The position numbers were made by a program, and so were the translations under genes. Below are positions 1 through 13,808 of a stretch of DNA of 64,000 bases, piece after piece (the stretch's first letter is position 1; every line of letters starts with the position of its first letter). The notes beneath the pieces were generated by a model. The model had not been told where the DNA came from. It saw only the letters and a list, made by a program, of their open reading frames with translations, and did not search any database. This DNA comes from Chiloscyllium plagiosum (lineage: Eukaryota), in the NCBI RefSeq assembly GCF_004010195.1, contig NC_057720.1, positions 33,068,805-33,132,804 on the forward strand. Reading direction: 5' to 3'.

Positions 1-605
1 TGGATAGAGTTTGTAAGAAGGCCTATGGTGTATTAGCGTTCATTAGCAGAGGGATTGAATTCAAGAGTCGTGAGGTGATGTTGCAGCTGTATAGGACTTT
101 GGAGTACTGTGTGCAGTTCTGGTCGCTTCATTTTAGGAAAGATGTGGAAGCTTTGGAGAGGGTGCAGAGGAGATTTACCAGGATGTTGCCTGGAATGGAG
201 AATAGGTCGTACGAGGATAGGTTGAGAGTGCTAGGCCTTTTCTCATTAGAACGCCGAAGGATGAGGGGTGACTTGATAGAGGTTTATAAGATGATCAGGG
301 GAATAGATAGAGTAGACAGTCAGAGACTTTCTCCCCGGGTACAACAGAGTGTTACAAGGGGACATAAATTTAGGGTGAAGGGTGGAAGGTAAAGGGGGGA
401 TGTCAGGGGTAGGTTCTTTACCCAGAGAGTGGTGGGGGCATGGAATGCGCTGCCTGTGGGAGGGGCAGAGTCAGAATCATTGGTGATCTTTAAGCAGCAA
501 TTGGATAGGTACATGGATAGGTGCTTAAGCTAGGATAAATGTTCAGCACAACATCGTGGGCCGAAGGGCCTGTTCTGTGCTGTATTGTTCTATTTTCTAT
601 GTTCC
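1..605 (+). mobile_element. CR1-clade LINE 3' end
   Basis: ORF 75-392 (LEYCVQFWS..LERVQRRFTRMLPG..RGDLIEVYK) is the CR1 ORF2 C-terminus; short tandem tail (tgttcta)n. Confidence 0.9.
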
Positions 606-624
606 TTATGATGTTCTTGGCTGT

Positions 625-1268
625 TAATCTCATTACAGCCTTTGTCCAAGCATGGACAAAAGTACTGAACTCGAGGTGACATGAGAGATATTGTTGATTA
701 ATGCCCTTGACATTAAAGCATCACTTGAGTGACTGGCATCAAGGAACCGAGTAAAACTGACGTCAGTGGAAACTGGGGAGAAACTATCCACCGATTGGAG
801 TCATACTCAGCACAAACAAAATAGTTCTGGTTTTCAAGGTCAATCATCAGTACCAGGGCATCAGCAGTAAAGTTCTTCAGGGTCATGTGTATGGCACAAC
901 CATATTCAGCTGCTTCATCAATTACCTTCCTTTCATTATAAGGTCAGAAGTAGGGATGTTCATGGATGATTGTAAAATGTTCAGCAACATGCGTGAATTT
1001 TCCAATACTGAAGCAGTCCACATCAATGTGCACTGGATTACATTTAGACTTGGGCTAAGTGGTAAACAATGAGCATCCCCAGCAAGAGAGAAGCTAAGTA
1101 TCATCATTTGACATTTGATAGCATTACATCACTGAATACTCAACTATCAACATCCTGGGGGTTATCATTAACAGGAATTGAATAGGACTCACCGTATAAA
1201 TTCTGTGGCTTTCAAAGCAGGTCAGAGGCGAGAAATTCAGCAGCAGCAGATAACTCAATTGCTGAATC
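625..1268 (+). mobile_element. Old L2/CR1-like LINE, copy A, 5' part (RT region)
   Basis: Decayed RT sequence homologous to 44262-45378 and to the minus-strand copy at 57150-62577; it continues at 3387. Confidence 0.75.
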
Positions 1269-3386
1269 TGCTGCCTACTGAAGACCAGGCGTGCAGGAAT
1301 TAAGTCGGATGACCTAGACCTTTACAGGAATTCCGGATATGATCTCCACGAGGCCATTAAAGATACCAAGAGACAGTACTAAACCAAGTTCGAGGCCCAA
1401 TCCAACTACACAGACAGCCACCGCCCGTGGCAAGTCCTACACAACACAAAATGAAGTTGAGCTAAATAGTGGAAAAAGACATCCCTCCCTGATGCTTTCT
1501 GTGCTTGGTTCAAGCAGAATGCCAGTGACGTGGTGTCACCTGCCCTGACAGCCCCAGTCACACTTGTTCCCTCTGTCACTGCTGTCAGATCGGTCTGCTT
1601 GAGAGTAAGTCCAAGGAAAGTGACTGGCCTAGACAGAGTCCCCAACCGCAAAACGAGATTCTGTGCAATCCAGCTGACAGAAATATTTGCTGACATTGTT
1701 AACCTCTCCTTGCTAAACTCTATAGTTCCTACATGCTTCAAGAAGACCACCATCATCCCAGTACCAAAGAAAACATATGCAATGTGCCTCAACCACTACC
1801 ACCTAGTGGTTTTGACCTCCATAATCATGAAGTGCTTCAAGAAGCTGGTCATGGCCCACATCCGGTCTAGTGTCCCAGCCTACCCCATTCCCCTGTAAAT
1901 TGCCTACCAGTGAAACAGCTCCACAGGGGTTGCCATTTCCCTAGCTGTACACTCATCCCTGGAACATCTGGATAACAAGGATACCCATGTCAGGCACCTA
2001 CTTATTGACGACAGTTCCACCTTCAAAACTGTAATCCCCTCCAGACTAATCTCCAAACTCCGAGACCTATGTTTCAGCCTCCACCCACTGCAGCCTCACA
2101 GCGCCAGAGACCCGGGTTCAATTCCCGCCTCAGGCGACTGACTGTGTGGAGTTTGCACATTCTCCCCGTGACTGCGTGGGTTTCCTCCGGGTGCTCCGGT
2201 TTCCTCCCACAATCCAAAAATGTGCAGGTTAGGTGAATTGGCCACGCTAAATTGCCCGTAGTGTTAGGTAAGGGGTAAATGTAGGAGAATGGGTCTGGGT
2301 GGGTTACACTTCGGCGGGTCGGTGTGGACTTGTTGGGCCGAAGGGCCTGTTTCCACACTGTAGGTAATCTAATTCAAACTAGATTCTCAGCTTCCTTACC
2401 CACAGACCGCAATCAGTGAAGACAGACAACAGTATTTCCTCCATGATCATTCTCAACACTGGTGCCCCACAAGGATTTGTACTCAGCCCCTTACTGTTAT
2501 TCCCTGTACACTTTGTATGAATGACATCTGCAAGTTTGTTGATGACATCACTGTCGAAGGCTGGGTATCAAACAATGATGAGTCAGAATACAGGAAGGAG
2601 GTAGAGGGCTTGGTATCATGGTGCAATGATGACAATCTCTCCCTTAATATCAGCAAAAACTAAAGTACTGATCATTGACTTCAGGAAGAAAGGAGGAGGA
2701 CATGCTCCTATCTACATCAACAGAGTGGAGATGAAGAGCATCAAGTTCCTAGGAGTGACAATAACCAACCACCTGTCCTGGACCTCTCACATAGATGTGA
2801 TGGTCAAGAAGGCACAACACCTCTTCTTCCTCAGGAGACTTAGGACATGTCCATTCGGATCCTCACCAACATTTACAGATGCACCATAGAAAGCATTCTA
2901 TCTGAGTGCATAATGGCTTGGTATAGCAACTGCTTTGCCCAGCACTGTAAGAAACTACAGAAAGTTGTGTGCACAGCCCAGACTATCACGGAAGCCAACC
3001 TCCCATGGACTCCATCCACACTTCTCAATGCCGCAGAAAGGCTGCCAACATCATCAAAAACCCCTCCCACCTTGGTAATACTTTCTTCCAACCTTTTCCA
3101 TCTGACTGAAGTTACAGAAGCTTGAACACACGCACCAACAGATTCAAGAGCAGCTTCTTCCCTGCTGTTATTAGACTGATGAATGGACCTCTCTAATTTC
3201 AAATCTAATGTTGATCTTGCTTTTGTCTACCTCCTGTGCAGCCGTAACCTTGTATGCCCCACTCTGTCTAAACACTCTATGGTCGGTTTGTCCTTGCATG
3301 TTATGATCTGCCTGTATTGCTCATAAAACAAAACTTTTCACTGTACATAGGTACATGTGACAAAAATTAATTACATCAAATCAAAT
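1269..3386 (+). mobile_element. Rex1/Babar-clade LINE, 5'-truncated and decayed
   Basis: Fragments such as VPTCFKKTTIIPVPKK..LTSIIMKCFKKLV, KTKVLIIDFRK and YRCTIESILS..WY are typical of Rex-Babar RT; (tcaaa)n tail; aatc at both junctions. Confidence 0.85.
2084..2373 (+). mobile_element. HE1/V-SINE-type tRNA-derived SINE (5'-truncated) nested in the Rex1/Babar LINE
   Basis: B-box gggttcaattccc, V-domain tgtgtggagtttgcacattctccccgtg..gtttcctcc, CR1-like tail gggccgaagggcctgtttcc. Confidence 0.85.
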
Positions 3387-3690
3387 CCCAAAGCCTGCTC
3401 ACCATCTTCAAAACACAAGTCAGGAAATGTGGTGGAATACTCTACATGTGCATGGATGAGTGTAGCTCCAAAAACACTTGAGGCTCAACAGCATTCAAGG
3501 TAAAGCAGCCAACTTGAGTGACATCCTATTCACCATTTCAGTATTCTCTCCCTCCATTGCTGATGTACAATGGCAGCAATGTGTATTATTTACAACATGC
3601 ACTGCAGCAACTCATCTAAGCCAAATCTGAAACTTCTGCCATGTAGAAGGACGAAAGCAGCAGATACCTGGGAACACCATCATCTGCAAT
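3387..3690 (+). mobile_element. Old L2/CR1-like LINE, copy A, 3' part
   Basis: Resumes collinearly (ccaaagcctg..cacaagtcagg..ggaatactc) after the Rex1 insertion. Confidence 0.7.
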
Positions 3691-4576
3691 GGGTCAAAGT
3701 TCTGGATAAATAATAACACTTCCTTATTAACACGGTGGCTGTACCAACACAAGAGAAACTGCAGTGGATTCTGCAGAAGGTGGCTCACCACCACTTTCTC
3801 AGGAGCAGTGGGAATGAGCAAGCTGTTTTCTCCATCTTCTGCAGAATAAGTATGGAAACTAAATGGAGTTATGGACCAACTCATCGGGTATCTTTCAGTG
3901 GCTTTGTACATTCCATTTGTTGCATAGCAAAAAAATGACAGTGTTAATAAGATATTTTAATAGATTATGTCAACAGAAAAAAGGACTAATACTTGCCCTT
4001 CAGAAAATAAAAGCATAGATTAGTCTCATCAATGATCTTTATCCCGGCTGGTACAATCTTCCAACACTCACTCACTAAGTTTAATTGTAATATGGTTCAG
4101 CAGGTGAGACACCAGAAGTCTGTAAACACTGGAGAACTGTGTTCTGGCATGAACTCTCTTCCTGAGGAAAGGGTGAATTGAGGGAGAGGGGAAAAAAATA
4201 ACAAAAAATTGAAAATGCAAACACTGTTCATAAAGCAGTAATTTCTGCATTATACAAAATAGCCTTAATGTATCTTTGTATAAAATGAAGTATATGATCA
4301 ATACATTATCCTATAATTAACAGTCCACATTCCGTAGCTCTCCCAACGATATTGGATAATTGTTATCTCTTCTCTTCATGAAGATGGTGGATAATCAGAG
4401 CAGATTGCAAACAATGTTTTTCTCCCCTCATTTCGCCAGTGCTGGAAGATTTGAGGAAGGGGTTAAACTCTGTCCTCAGATACCATACTAGAATGTTGAA
4501 GATGTGATGCATGTTTCTGCCTCTAATCTAATGCTGAGAACAATGCTTGGGATTGGAGTTGCTGGGAAAGGACTGA

Positions 4577-4717
<141 letters not shown>

Positions 4718-4814
4718 TAAATATTTCAAAACTTGTCTTAAAATGCTTTGTCAAACTATATTCACTTTATCTCAGAGTAGTACAGATTTCTGAAGAAGTA
4801 CGAGAAATTGCAGT

Positions 4815-5295
4815 AAAGATTTACGAGGATGTTGCCAGGGTTGGAGGATTGGAACTATTGGGAGAGATTGAATAGGCTAGGGCTGTTTTCTCTGGAGCCT
4901 CGGAGGCTGAGGGGTGACCTTGGAGAGGTTTATAAAATCATGAGGGTCTGGATAGGATAAATAGACAAAGTCTTTTCGCTGGAGTGGGGGGAGTCCAGAA
5001 TTAGAGGGCATAGGTTTAGGGTGAGAGGAGAAAGATATAAAAGAGATACAAGGGGCAATGTTTTCACGCAGAGGATGGTACGTGTATGGAATGAGCTGCC
5101 AGAGTAAGTGGTGGAAGATGGTACAATTGCAACATTTAAAAGGCATCTGGATGGGTATATGAATAGGAAGGGTTTGGAGGGATATGGACCAGGTGCTGGC
5201 AGGTGGGACTAGGTAGGGTTGGGATATCTGTTCGGCATGGACGGGTTGGACCGAAGGGTCTGTTTCTGTGTTGTACATCTTTATGACTCTATGAC
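4815..5295 (+). mobile_element. CR1-clade (HER1-like) LINE 3' end in the last ZSWIM5 intron
   Basis: CR1 ORF2 C-terminal sequence and (tatgactc)n tail; near-identical to 27075-27582 and 57346-58419. Confidence 0.9.
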
Positions 5296-6100
5296 ATTCA
5301 GCTAACCCTGTTTGTTTCTTAATTGGTAAATTTGTTAATCAATTCATGATAACTCCTGGTTGATGTATGTTCACAAGAAAAACATTCCCATGCTTTATTG
5401 CCAAAGTAACTACTTTGTTACTGTGAATTCAGCTTTCTTATTTCAGTAAAGTTTCAGAAGCTCCACTCAGCCAATGTTTCCCTCTGTCCATAGTTAACCA
5501 TTGTTGCCAGAACTCACTGTCTAAGTAATTAAATATATAAGGAATGTGAAAAATAGAAAATTCATAGGAACATTATTATAAATTTTTAAAAAGGGCCAGT
5601 AAATTTAACTTGTATTGCCAGGCCATTAATTGTTCTATGACACCGAAATGTTGCAAACTGTCTTTCCCATTATTCTGATTATTAAAGAAGTTGGTATAAT
5701 TATAGAGGTCTCTGTTACCATTGGCAGGTTTAATGACTAAAATAGATTTCTAACAGCAAAGCAAGTAGAACTCCCCTTTCCTTCAACTGCCAACTCCAGA
5801 ATGATGTTTTGCTATAGCAGCATTATAGTTCTTCCCAAATGCTGTTCCATGATTTATTTACCAGAAAGCAGAGAATGCCACAAAATGAACACCAGCAGAC
5901 AGTTGCTAACTAGCAGTTTTAAAACAAAACAGAATATGAATGGACAACAGAGGAGAAAATGTAACATATAAATGTAATCAATATTAATAAAATTATTAAA
6001 CAATTGGCTGCAATCAGCCATATCTCTACATCTTTTAATTATAGTCATACTATCCTTCTTTAATGTGTTTCTCTTATTATTAAGGTACAATAAGATATGA

Positions 6101-7108
<1,008 letters not shown>

Positions 7109-8830
7109 TGCACTATTTATAAACTTTTGTTGGTTTTTTTTTTGTTCAACTGTGATCTTGTCTCATAGGAGTGGTACTCAGTGTCTTGGCACAACCAGTG
7201 GAGCCAGTCAGCATTTATTCAAGCATTAATCAATTTATACATCGTTCAATGATTTCAGTAGTCACAAAAATAATTGTTCTCGCACATAAAACTCAAGGAT
7301 TATGGAAAACAAAGTTATACAAAGTATCTTACACTTTATTGGTGTACCCATTATACCAAATTCTGTTTCACAAGAAAAATACCTCTATCTCTCACTTCTT
7401 TCTCTCTCTGTCTTTCTGATTATCTCCGACTTGCTGCCTCCCATAGTCAGCTTTAATCTCCATACGTTGCCAGGTTTCAAAGCAAAAGAAAGAGTACGCA
7501 TTTTAAAAAAATGTACAAGCAAAGCAACACTAAACCTCACGCACCACCAAAACAGTTTAGTGAGATGGCTTACTCACATGCGACCATATGCCATGTGTTT
7601 TTGTGTGTGTGAAGGTACTTAAAGAAGAGACCATTCTCAGGGATGCTAAAACAAAAGTAGCAAAAGCATTTATTGAAAACTGTAAATATTATATTATATG
7701 TGTCAATTATTGAAAGAATTGTAAAGTATATTAATTTATAATTAATATTCTATGTCATTAATGGGATACTTGAAATTCACTGTGGGCTGGAAATGTTTTA
7801 ACAGGAGGGAGACTGCAGAGCACATTTCTCAGGTTACCCCAACCCCCACGCATTGTGTGTTTGTATGCGAACGAGTGAAGGAGTTGGCATCACTATGCAG
7901 AGCTACTTGCATACTGTCCCCTGGGTCTGAAGTAGTTCCCATGGGTGAATTGGGGTTAATTTTTTTTAATGAGTTTTATTTTTAAGTGTGGATAGATAGG
8001 TACAGATGGTTGGAAAAAATTGGTTTTGGTACTTTCTGAAAGTACACACTGGTATTAATTAACCTGCCTCTTGTACCTCTATCGGGACAGTATTTTGTGG
8101 TTCGAACAATTATTTTAAAAAAAGAAACGTCGCAGGTGTCTGAAGTGAATGAGCTGATGGCACTCAGTTTCCTTTGTTAGATCTTGTCTGTGCAACCTCT
8201 TGTCATCAAAAGAAGTCATATTTCTTATTAACACCTCCACCATGTTCCTAAACCACAGATTAAATAATTAATTAAAACATTATTTAAAAGAAGTGTTTCA
8301 ACTTACAAAACTGTTGCCTTTCCAATGTCATTCATTCAAGAAAGATTTTTTTTCTCTTCTGTTACGTTCCAGCGTCCAATGTTTTAATTTTTACAGATAG
8401 CTGCTTTCTGTGAACGGTTTTGGGAAAAAAAATGTAAATCTTGTTGGTCCAGTTGCATTGCAAAAAGAAAACTTCTTTTGAATGTCTTTGTGTTAACTGT
8501 ACCAGTGTCCGTTTGTCATAGTTTTAGGGGAAAAAAATGCGCTGATAGAGAACGTTGACTAGATGTACCTACTGTCGAGATATGAAAAAAAGTGTTTAGT
8601 AAATGTCGCCTCTCTCTGCGCTACTGAAAGCTTAATTCAGTATTTGTTGCCACAAAAGTATCTACTTTCATCAACAGTTCATTTTTTGTGTAACCTCTTG
8701 ATCTGATGTTTAAAAAAGACAAAAAAATACAAAATTTAATACTATTTATGTAATGCTACTATCATTTTATATAACTGTGTCAAAAATTTCAGTGCTTTTT
8801 TAATGAATAAAGTGTGGAACACAACTAAAA
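7109..8830 (+). other. ZSWIM5: ZSWIM5 3' UTR (about 1.7 kb)
   Basis: AU-rich, transposon-free stretch from the stop codon to AATAAA at 8806-8811, followed by a U/GU-rich downstream element. Pumilio-type TGTAAATA at 7681-7688. Confidence 0.7.
8806..8811 (+). terminator. Polyadenylation signal of ZSWIM5
   Basis: AATAAA followed by ctttcttggtgtctttgtctgg; repeats resume shortly afterwards. Confidence 0.65.
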
Positions 8831-8984
8831 TTCTAACCTTTCTTGGTGTCTTTGTCTGGGGATTATTTAACTGCACAGTAACAGTTTAAAAGTTTTATTT
8901 CCCCTGCTCCTGAACTCAACTGTTTTGGATATACAATTTGTCTTCAGTGGAGAAGAGTCAGCTAGCTTAGCATTGACCTGAAAT

Positions 8985-9085
8985 GTTAATGTTGTTTCTC
9001 TCTCCACAGATGCTGCCTGATTTGCTGAGTAATTTTCAGCATTTCTGTTTTTATTTCAGATTTCCAATATCCGTAGTTTGCCCTT
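8985..9085 (+). mobile_element. Penelope-like element 3' tail fragment
   Basis: gacctgaaatgttaa..ctctccacagatgctgcc..tgctgag, homologous to the end of the GIY-YIG-bearing copy at 15111-15605; the start is approximate. Confidence 0.6.
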
Positions 9086-9870
9086 GGCTCAATACAAAAT
9101 GTTACAGTCAGCACAATTGCACTCAAGAGGCAAATTAATGGCCTGTATGGACTGAAGATATAGGTAGAGAAATGAGAGGTGAGCTGATTGAAACATGTAG
9201 GATTCTTAAGGAGCTTAGACAGAGTAAATGCTGAGAGGATATTTCCTCTCATGGGAGAGGACCAGAGGGCATAGTCTCAGAGAAAGGGGTGCCAAATTAA
9301 GAATGAGATGAGGTGGGTGGGAATCACCTCAGTTACATGTATAGGCCTGAGAGTCCATTCGGAACATGACCTGCAAGATCTTCCTATCCTGTCCTTCAGC
9401 CCCCCAACCCTTCGCCTACCTGATCAAGATTTGCCTGTCTGCCTGGCATAGGATCCACCTGTCTAAGGACAAAGGCAGTAACAGGTATGTTTTAAAAATG
9501 TTTCTGCTTCACAAAGGAATTGACAATTGTACTTCAATCCAACCCGAAAATTGTTTTGTATCCTTTTAAGCCACTTTCAGACATTTAAAATCACATTATT
9601 CAAGATGGTGGATTCATACAGATTTAAATGCTCTTTTTTGTGGTAAACTTATTATTATCTTAATAGTCAAATTTTGCCAATTAAGACTCTGATCTATCAA
9701 GGACTTTCTCTAAATCAGCATTTTATTTTTTAAAAAACATGCTATCAAAAATAGTGATCAATGATTCTTGGCAATGTGGATTTTGTATTACACAATATGC
9801 ACAACACATTTGAATAAAAACTCAGGAGAAAAAATGCTTTTCATTTAGGAGGTTATTTGCAATTGCTTGC

Positions 9871-9907
9871 CATTCCTGATGAAGGGCTTTTGCCCGAAAT
9901 GTCAATT
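9871..9907 (+). ncRNA. Minimal type I hammerhead ribozyme motif
   Basis: CUGAUGA-A-GGGC(UUUU)GCCC-GAAA-UG-UC; helix II is perfect, helix I is weak. Confidence 0.6.
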
Positions 9908-9965
9908 TTTCTGCTCGTCGGATGCTGCCTGAATTGCTGTGCTCTTCCAGCACCACTGATGCAGA
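9871..9965 (+). mobile_element. Penelope-like element tail fragment with hammerhead motif
   Basis: Same family as 11941, 43612 and 48863. Confidence 0.7.
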
Positions 9966-10067
9966 AACTAAAACATTGTCCACTGAAATCATGTAAGTTA
10001 TATATTAGTATGTCAAGGTTAATTGTAAGGCAGTTTTTTTTATCAGCAAACTGATTATAGAATTTAT

Positions 10068-10390
10068 GGGTGGCATGGTGGTTCAGTGGTTAGCACTGCT
10101 GTTTCACAGTGCCAGGGACCCAGGTTCGATTCCTGTCTCAGGCCACTGTGTGTGTGGAGTTTGCACATTCTCCCGGTGCCTGTGTGGGTTTCCTCCAGGT
10201 GCTCCAGTTTCATCCCACAATCCAAAGATATGCAGGTCAGGTGAATTGGCCATGCTAAATTGCCCATAGGTGCATTAGTCAGGGATAAATGTAGGGTCAG
10301 AAAATTGGTCTGGGTGGGTTGCTCTTTGGAGGGTCCGTGTAGACTTGTTGGGCCAAATGGCCTGTTTCCATATTGTAGGGAATCTGATCC
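10068..10390 (+). mobile_element. HE1/V-SINE-type SINE, full length
   Basis: A-box tggttcagtgg, B-box ggttcgattcc, V-domain and CR1-like tail. Confidence 0.88.
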
Positions 10391-10959
10391 TAAAGAATTA
10401 AAATACTTGATTTAAACATTGTGAAATTTAAGTTGTTTTTAGTTCACTTACTGTGTACATACAGGCGAGTATTCATGTATTAGCTGCATTTATCAACTCA
10501 GCTAATACTGTCATATGTTTTGAAGCAGATTTTTGATATTTGCGCTAAATTAGCAATGACTTGGCTAAGCAGCTCAAGACTTTGGTGTAAAGTAGACAAT
10601 GAACCCAGATTAATTGGATTGTCTACTGATCCAGCTTCTTAACAGATGACTGAATGCCTGTCAGGTAAGAAGGCAGGCCAATCTATGTCACTAGCACCAA
10701 ATGCTTGATTTGTGCAGTAAGCTGACTGATTGGAGCCATTAATTATAACGTCAGAATTGGACAGCTCAATGTGGAAATGCGTGATGCGCTTTTAAAAGGA
10801 AATGTGGAGAATACAGTTGAGAATACTAATACAGGATGACCCAACAGGCAGATAAAGCCAAACTCCCTTACCTGCCATCATTTGAATGTGGAATAAATCT
10901 TCAGTTAAAGCACCAAAGTTATAACTGAAGAAATAGCCTCCTAACATCATCCACAAATG

Positions 10960-11400
10960 CCTGTACACCTTCCATTGAAACCCTCATCCATGCCTTTGTT
11001 ACCTCTAGACTCACCATTCCAATCCTTTCTTGACCAGAATTCCATCCTCCATAAACCTCTCCTCATCCAAAAGTTTGTTGCCTCTCACATATTCCATATC
11101 AAGATTTGATTGCTCATCACGCCTGCCTTAACTGATATGTTTGTTTCTGGTGTACTAACATCTCAATTTTAAATTCTCATCCCTCCCACTTACAGAACCT
11201 CCCCCCCCACCCCCCCCCACCATATGAGGACTTGCATCTCCCTATCCATGTAACGTCCAGTTAACAATCTTTCCCTAAATATGACTCCAGCCACCCCTAC
11301 AATTGGCTACACCTTCAGTCGCCCTAGTCCTACAGTGAAGTTGTTCTTCTAAACTCTTGCAAATCCACCTTAATTTCTTTATTGCTTAAAATCCAGCTGA
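10960..11400 (+). mobile_element. Old L2-like LINE 3' remnant
   Basis: ctcatccatgcctttgttacctctagactc (LIHAFVTSRL, an L2-type motif); homologous to 28430-28760. Confidence 0.55.
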
Positions 11401-11940
11401 CTGACAGAGCTATAAACCTCCCCTACTAGTCTGTTCTGTTTGGCTGTCCATATAATTCGAACCTCCATGAATCACTTCAGATTTTCTTTTATTATAAATA
11501 TAGATTGTTAGTTTTTAGATCTATAAGGTCACTCCTTCACAGTACAGAAGCCTTAGTTTCCTCTGTCTTTTTTTATAAACTTCCTCAATCATTCCTCACT
11601 CTTCAGTTCTTGACAGTAGAGATCAACTTTCTGGCTATTCTGTGAACTCTCTCTGGTAATCAAGCTCTCTCCTGTGCTTTGGTGACTAGAACGAGACACA
11701 ATATTCAAGGTGTGGTCTAACTATAATAGTACACAGTTCTACCATGACTTTGCATTTAACTTATTGTCTATTTTAGTCACTGATTTCTCACTGAACTTCA
11801 AACGTACAATATTTTCATCAATAGATGGGAAATGATGGTAAGGTGACTAATTAGAAACGTAAGAAACAGTGTACTCCAGGTTGAGTTGATACTAGGGAAT
11901 CGGGATGTGTTCAACCATTTAGCCTGATGGCAAATGTAGG

Positions 11941-12061
11941 TAAAAACAAGGGCTGCAGATGCTGGAAACCTGAGTCTAGATTAGAGTGGTGCTTGAAAAG
12001 CACAGCAGGTCAGGCAGCATCCGAGGAGCAGGAAAATTGCCGTTTCGGGCGAAAGGGAATG
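11941..12061 (-). mobile_element. Penelope-like element tail fragment (hammerhead core deleted)
   Basis: ctgcagatgctgg..aaaagcacagcaggtcaggcagcatccgaggagcagg..gtttcgggc. Confidence 0.65.
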
Positions 12062-12469
12062 ATATATTATTTTTAGGGAATTCAACTGTGAGAAATTATT
12101 TGAACAGTGAGGAAGTATTTAAATCTTGGAGCACCAGTTTAAATTCTGAAAAGTATTTTAATCATCATACCTCTCCAATTTAAGATGATTCAACAAACAG
12201 AAGTGATATTATTGAAGAGGTTAATTGTGTGGCACCACGAGGCATCAACAGTTCTTCAGAGCAGAGTACTAGATGCAATTCAAAATGCTATATTACAATT
12301 CATTACCTTGGCACAGGTTTTTCAGTCAAAATGGAATCCACAAACCTCTGGGGTCTACAGAGATGTTGTAGGAAGTCCACAAAATAATCTCTCTAATGGA
12401 TAAAAGACAGGGCAGACACAAAAGGAGAGGAAGACCAGGCTGCTTATTTTGTGTCAATGAACAGTAAAG

Positions 12470-12670
12470 GGTAAAATCACCACAGTTTTAGAGGACTGCT
12501 CTGTCATTTGACAGAAACAGCTGGTGGCGTGTTTAACTTAAGGATCACCACATCTCAGGTGAGGGACAAGGTTGAGAAGGCGGGATCTTCATGGTAACAT
12601 CAGCCAGCAGAAGAATTGAACCCATGCTGGTTGGCATCACAAACCTACTGTCCAGTTAATTGACATACTA
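12470..12670 (-). mobile_element. Decayed tRNA-derived SINE (possibly LF-SINE-like)
   Basis: B-box gggttcaattc on - at about 12613-12623 and a SINE-like body; the family assignment is from memory. Confidence 0.45.
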
Positions 12671-13070
12671 GCGAAGCAGTAGTTAGTGTTGGTCTCATTT
12701 TAATAGCTAACACAATGTTCACTACCGAAGCTCTTAAATAATGACAGCTTTAATGGCAACCAGAATGGTTTCCAAATTTGTTTCACATTTAGATTCAGCA
12801 GGAGTGCAGGGAAAGGCAGGAAGCTATCTACTGAGAGTGGATGCATCCAGCTGTACTTATGCAGTGGACATAACAATGTTTGGCCTGATGGGTAATTTCA
12901 GCCTTTTCTGTTCTTACTAGTTTCTCATTGATCTGATTCTTTCAATCAAGGAAAACCTGTTGGTTGGACTTAATTAAAACCCACAATATTGCAAAAGTAC
13001 AAATATTGTGCATCACATAAAAGCTGAAGTCACAGGACACCAGGTTATAGTCCGACAGGTTTATTTGAAA

Positions 13071-13107
13071 TCACAAACTTTCGGAGCACTGCTCCTTCGT
13101 CAGGTGA
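13071..13107 (-). ncRNA. Minimal hammerhead ribozyme motif
   Basis: UCAC-CUGACGA-A-GGAGC(AGU)GCUCC-GAAA-GU-UU-GUGA; helix I UCAC/GUGA, perfect helix II. Confidence 0.6.
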
Positions 13108-13115
13108 AGTCACTC

Positions 13116-13150
13116 CACCTGATGAAGGAGCAGTGCACTGAAAGCTTGTG
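13116..13150 (+). ncRNA. Minimal hammerhead ribozyme motif (helix II degraded)
   Basis: CAC-CUGAUGA-A-GGAGC(AGU)GCACU-GAAA-GC-UU-GUG. Confidence 0.5.
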
Positions 13151-13808
13151 ATTTCAAATAAACCTGTTGGACTACAACCTGGTGTGTGGGACTTCTGACT
13201 TTGTCCATCCCAGTACAACACCAGCATCTTCACATCACAAAGAAACTGAGCTAGGTTTGCCACAGACCTGTAAAATATCCCAAGAATATTACACTGAAAT
13301 GAATAGTATGGAATAGAATTAAAGACAAGGAATCTTGCCTATTTATGGAGTTTTTCTTTGAATAAAATAGTTGCCTGCTTTAAATCTTTGAACACCTAAA
13401 TAGGATGTGACTGCGTGTAGTACTCACTTGTCCAAAAGCTATTTGTACTGGATGTGATCTGTGAATGGATTGGATGTGGAAGCAATTAAGAGGCAATTTT
13501 TAACCATATTAGAAATGTTGGGATGTTAGTTGAGTCATATTGCTCTTTTAAATCTGGCTTTCCTGGCCTGTATCATCACTGTCTACACAACAGTGAAATA
13601 GTCTTCAAACTACAACTTCGACATTTTCACAAAGTGGTTTTATTAATGTTTTTATGTGCACGGCTTTGCCATTATGAGTATTTTATAGTATTATAATGTA
13701 GATTGGAAGTCTGCCATTACTAATCCATTTGAAGTGGAAGTTTTAGAATCACTGTTTCTGTTGAGAGGTGGTATTGCGCGTCCAAAGCATATCCTCTGTT
13801 AACATTTT

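Larger units (their letters stand above)
13027..13236. mobile_element. Fold-back Penelope-like element tail insertion with two hammerhead motifs
   Basis: About 70-80 bp inverted arms around 13108-13114. Same family as the 3' end of 25910-26734. Degenerate TSD catcacataaaagctga / catcacaaagaaactga. Confidence 0.8.

Noticed and set aside
10068..10140. tRNA-like A/B boxes (also at 14820, 30618, 53500 and 56400)
   Set aside because: These are SINE heads without a full cloverleaf, not tRNA genes.
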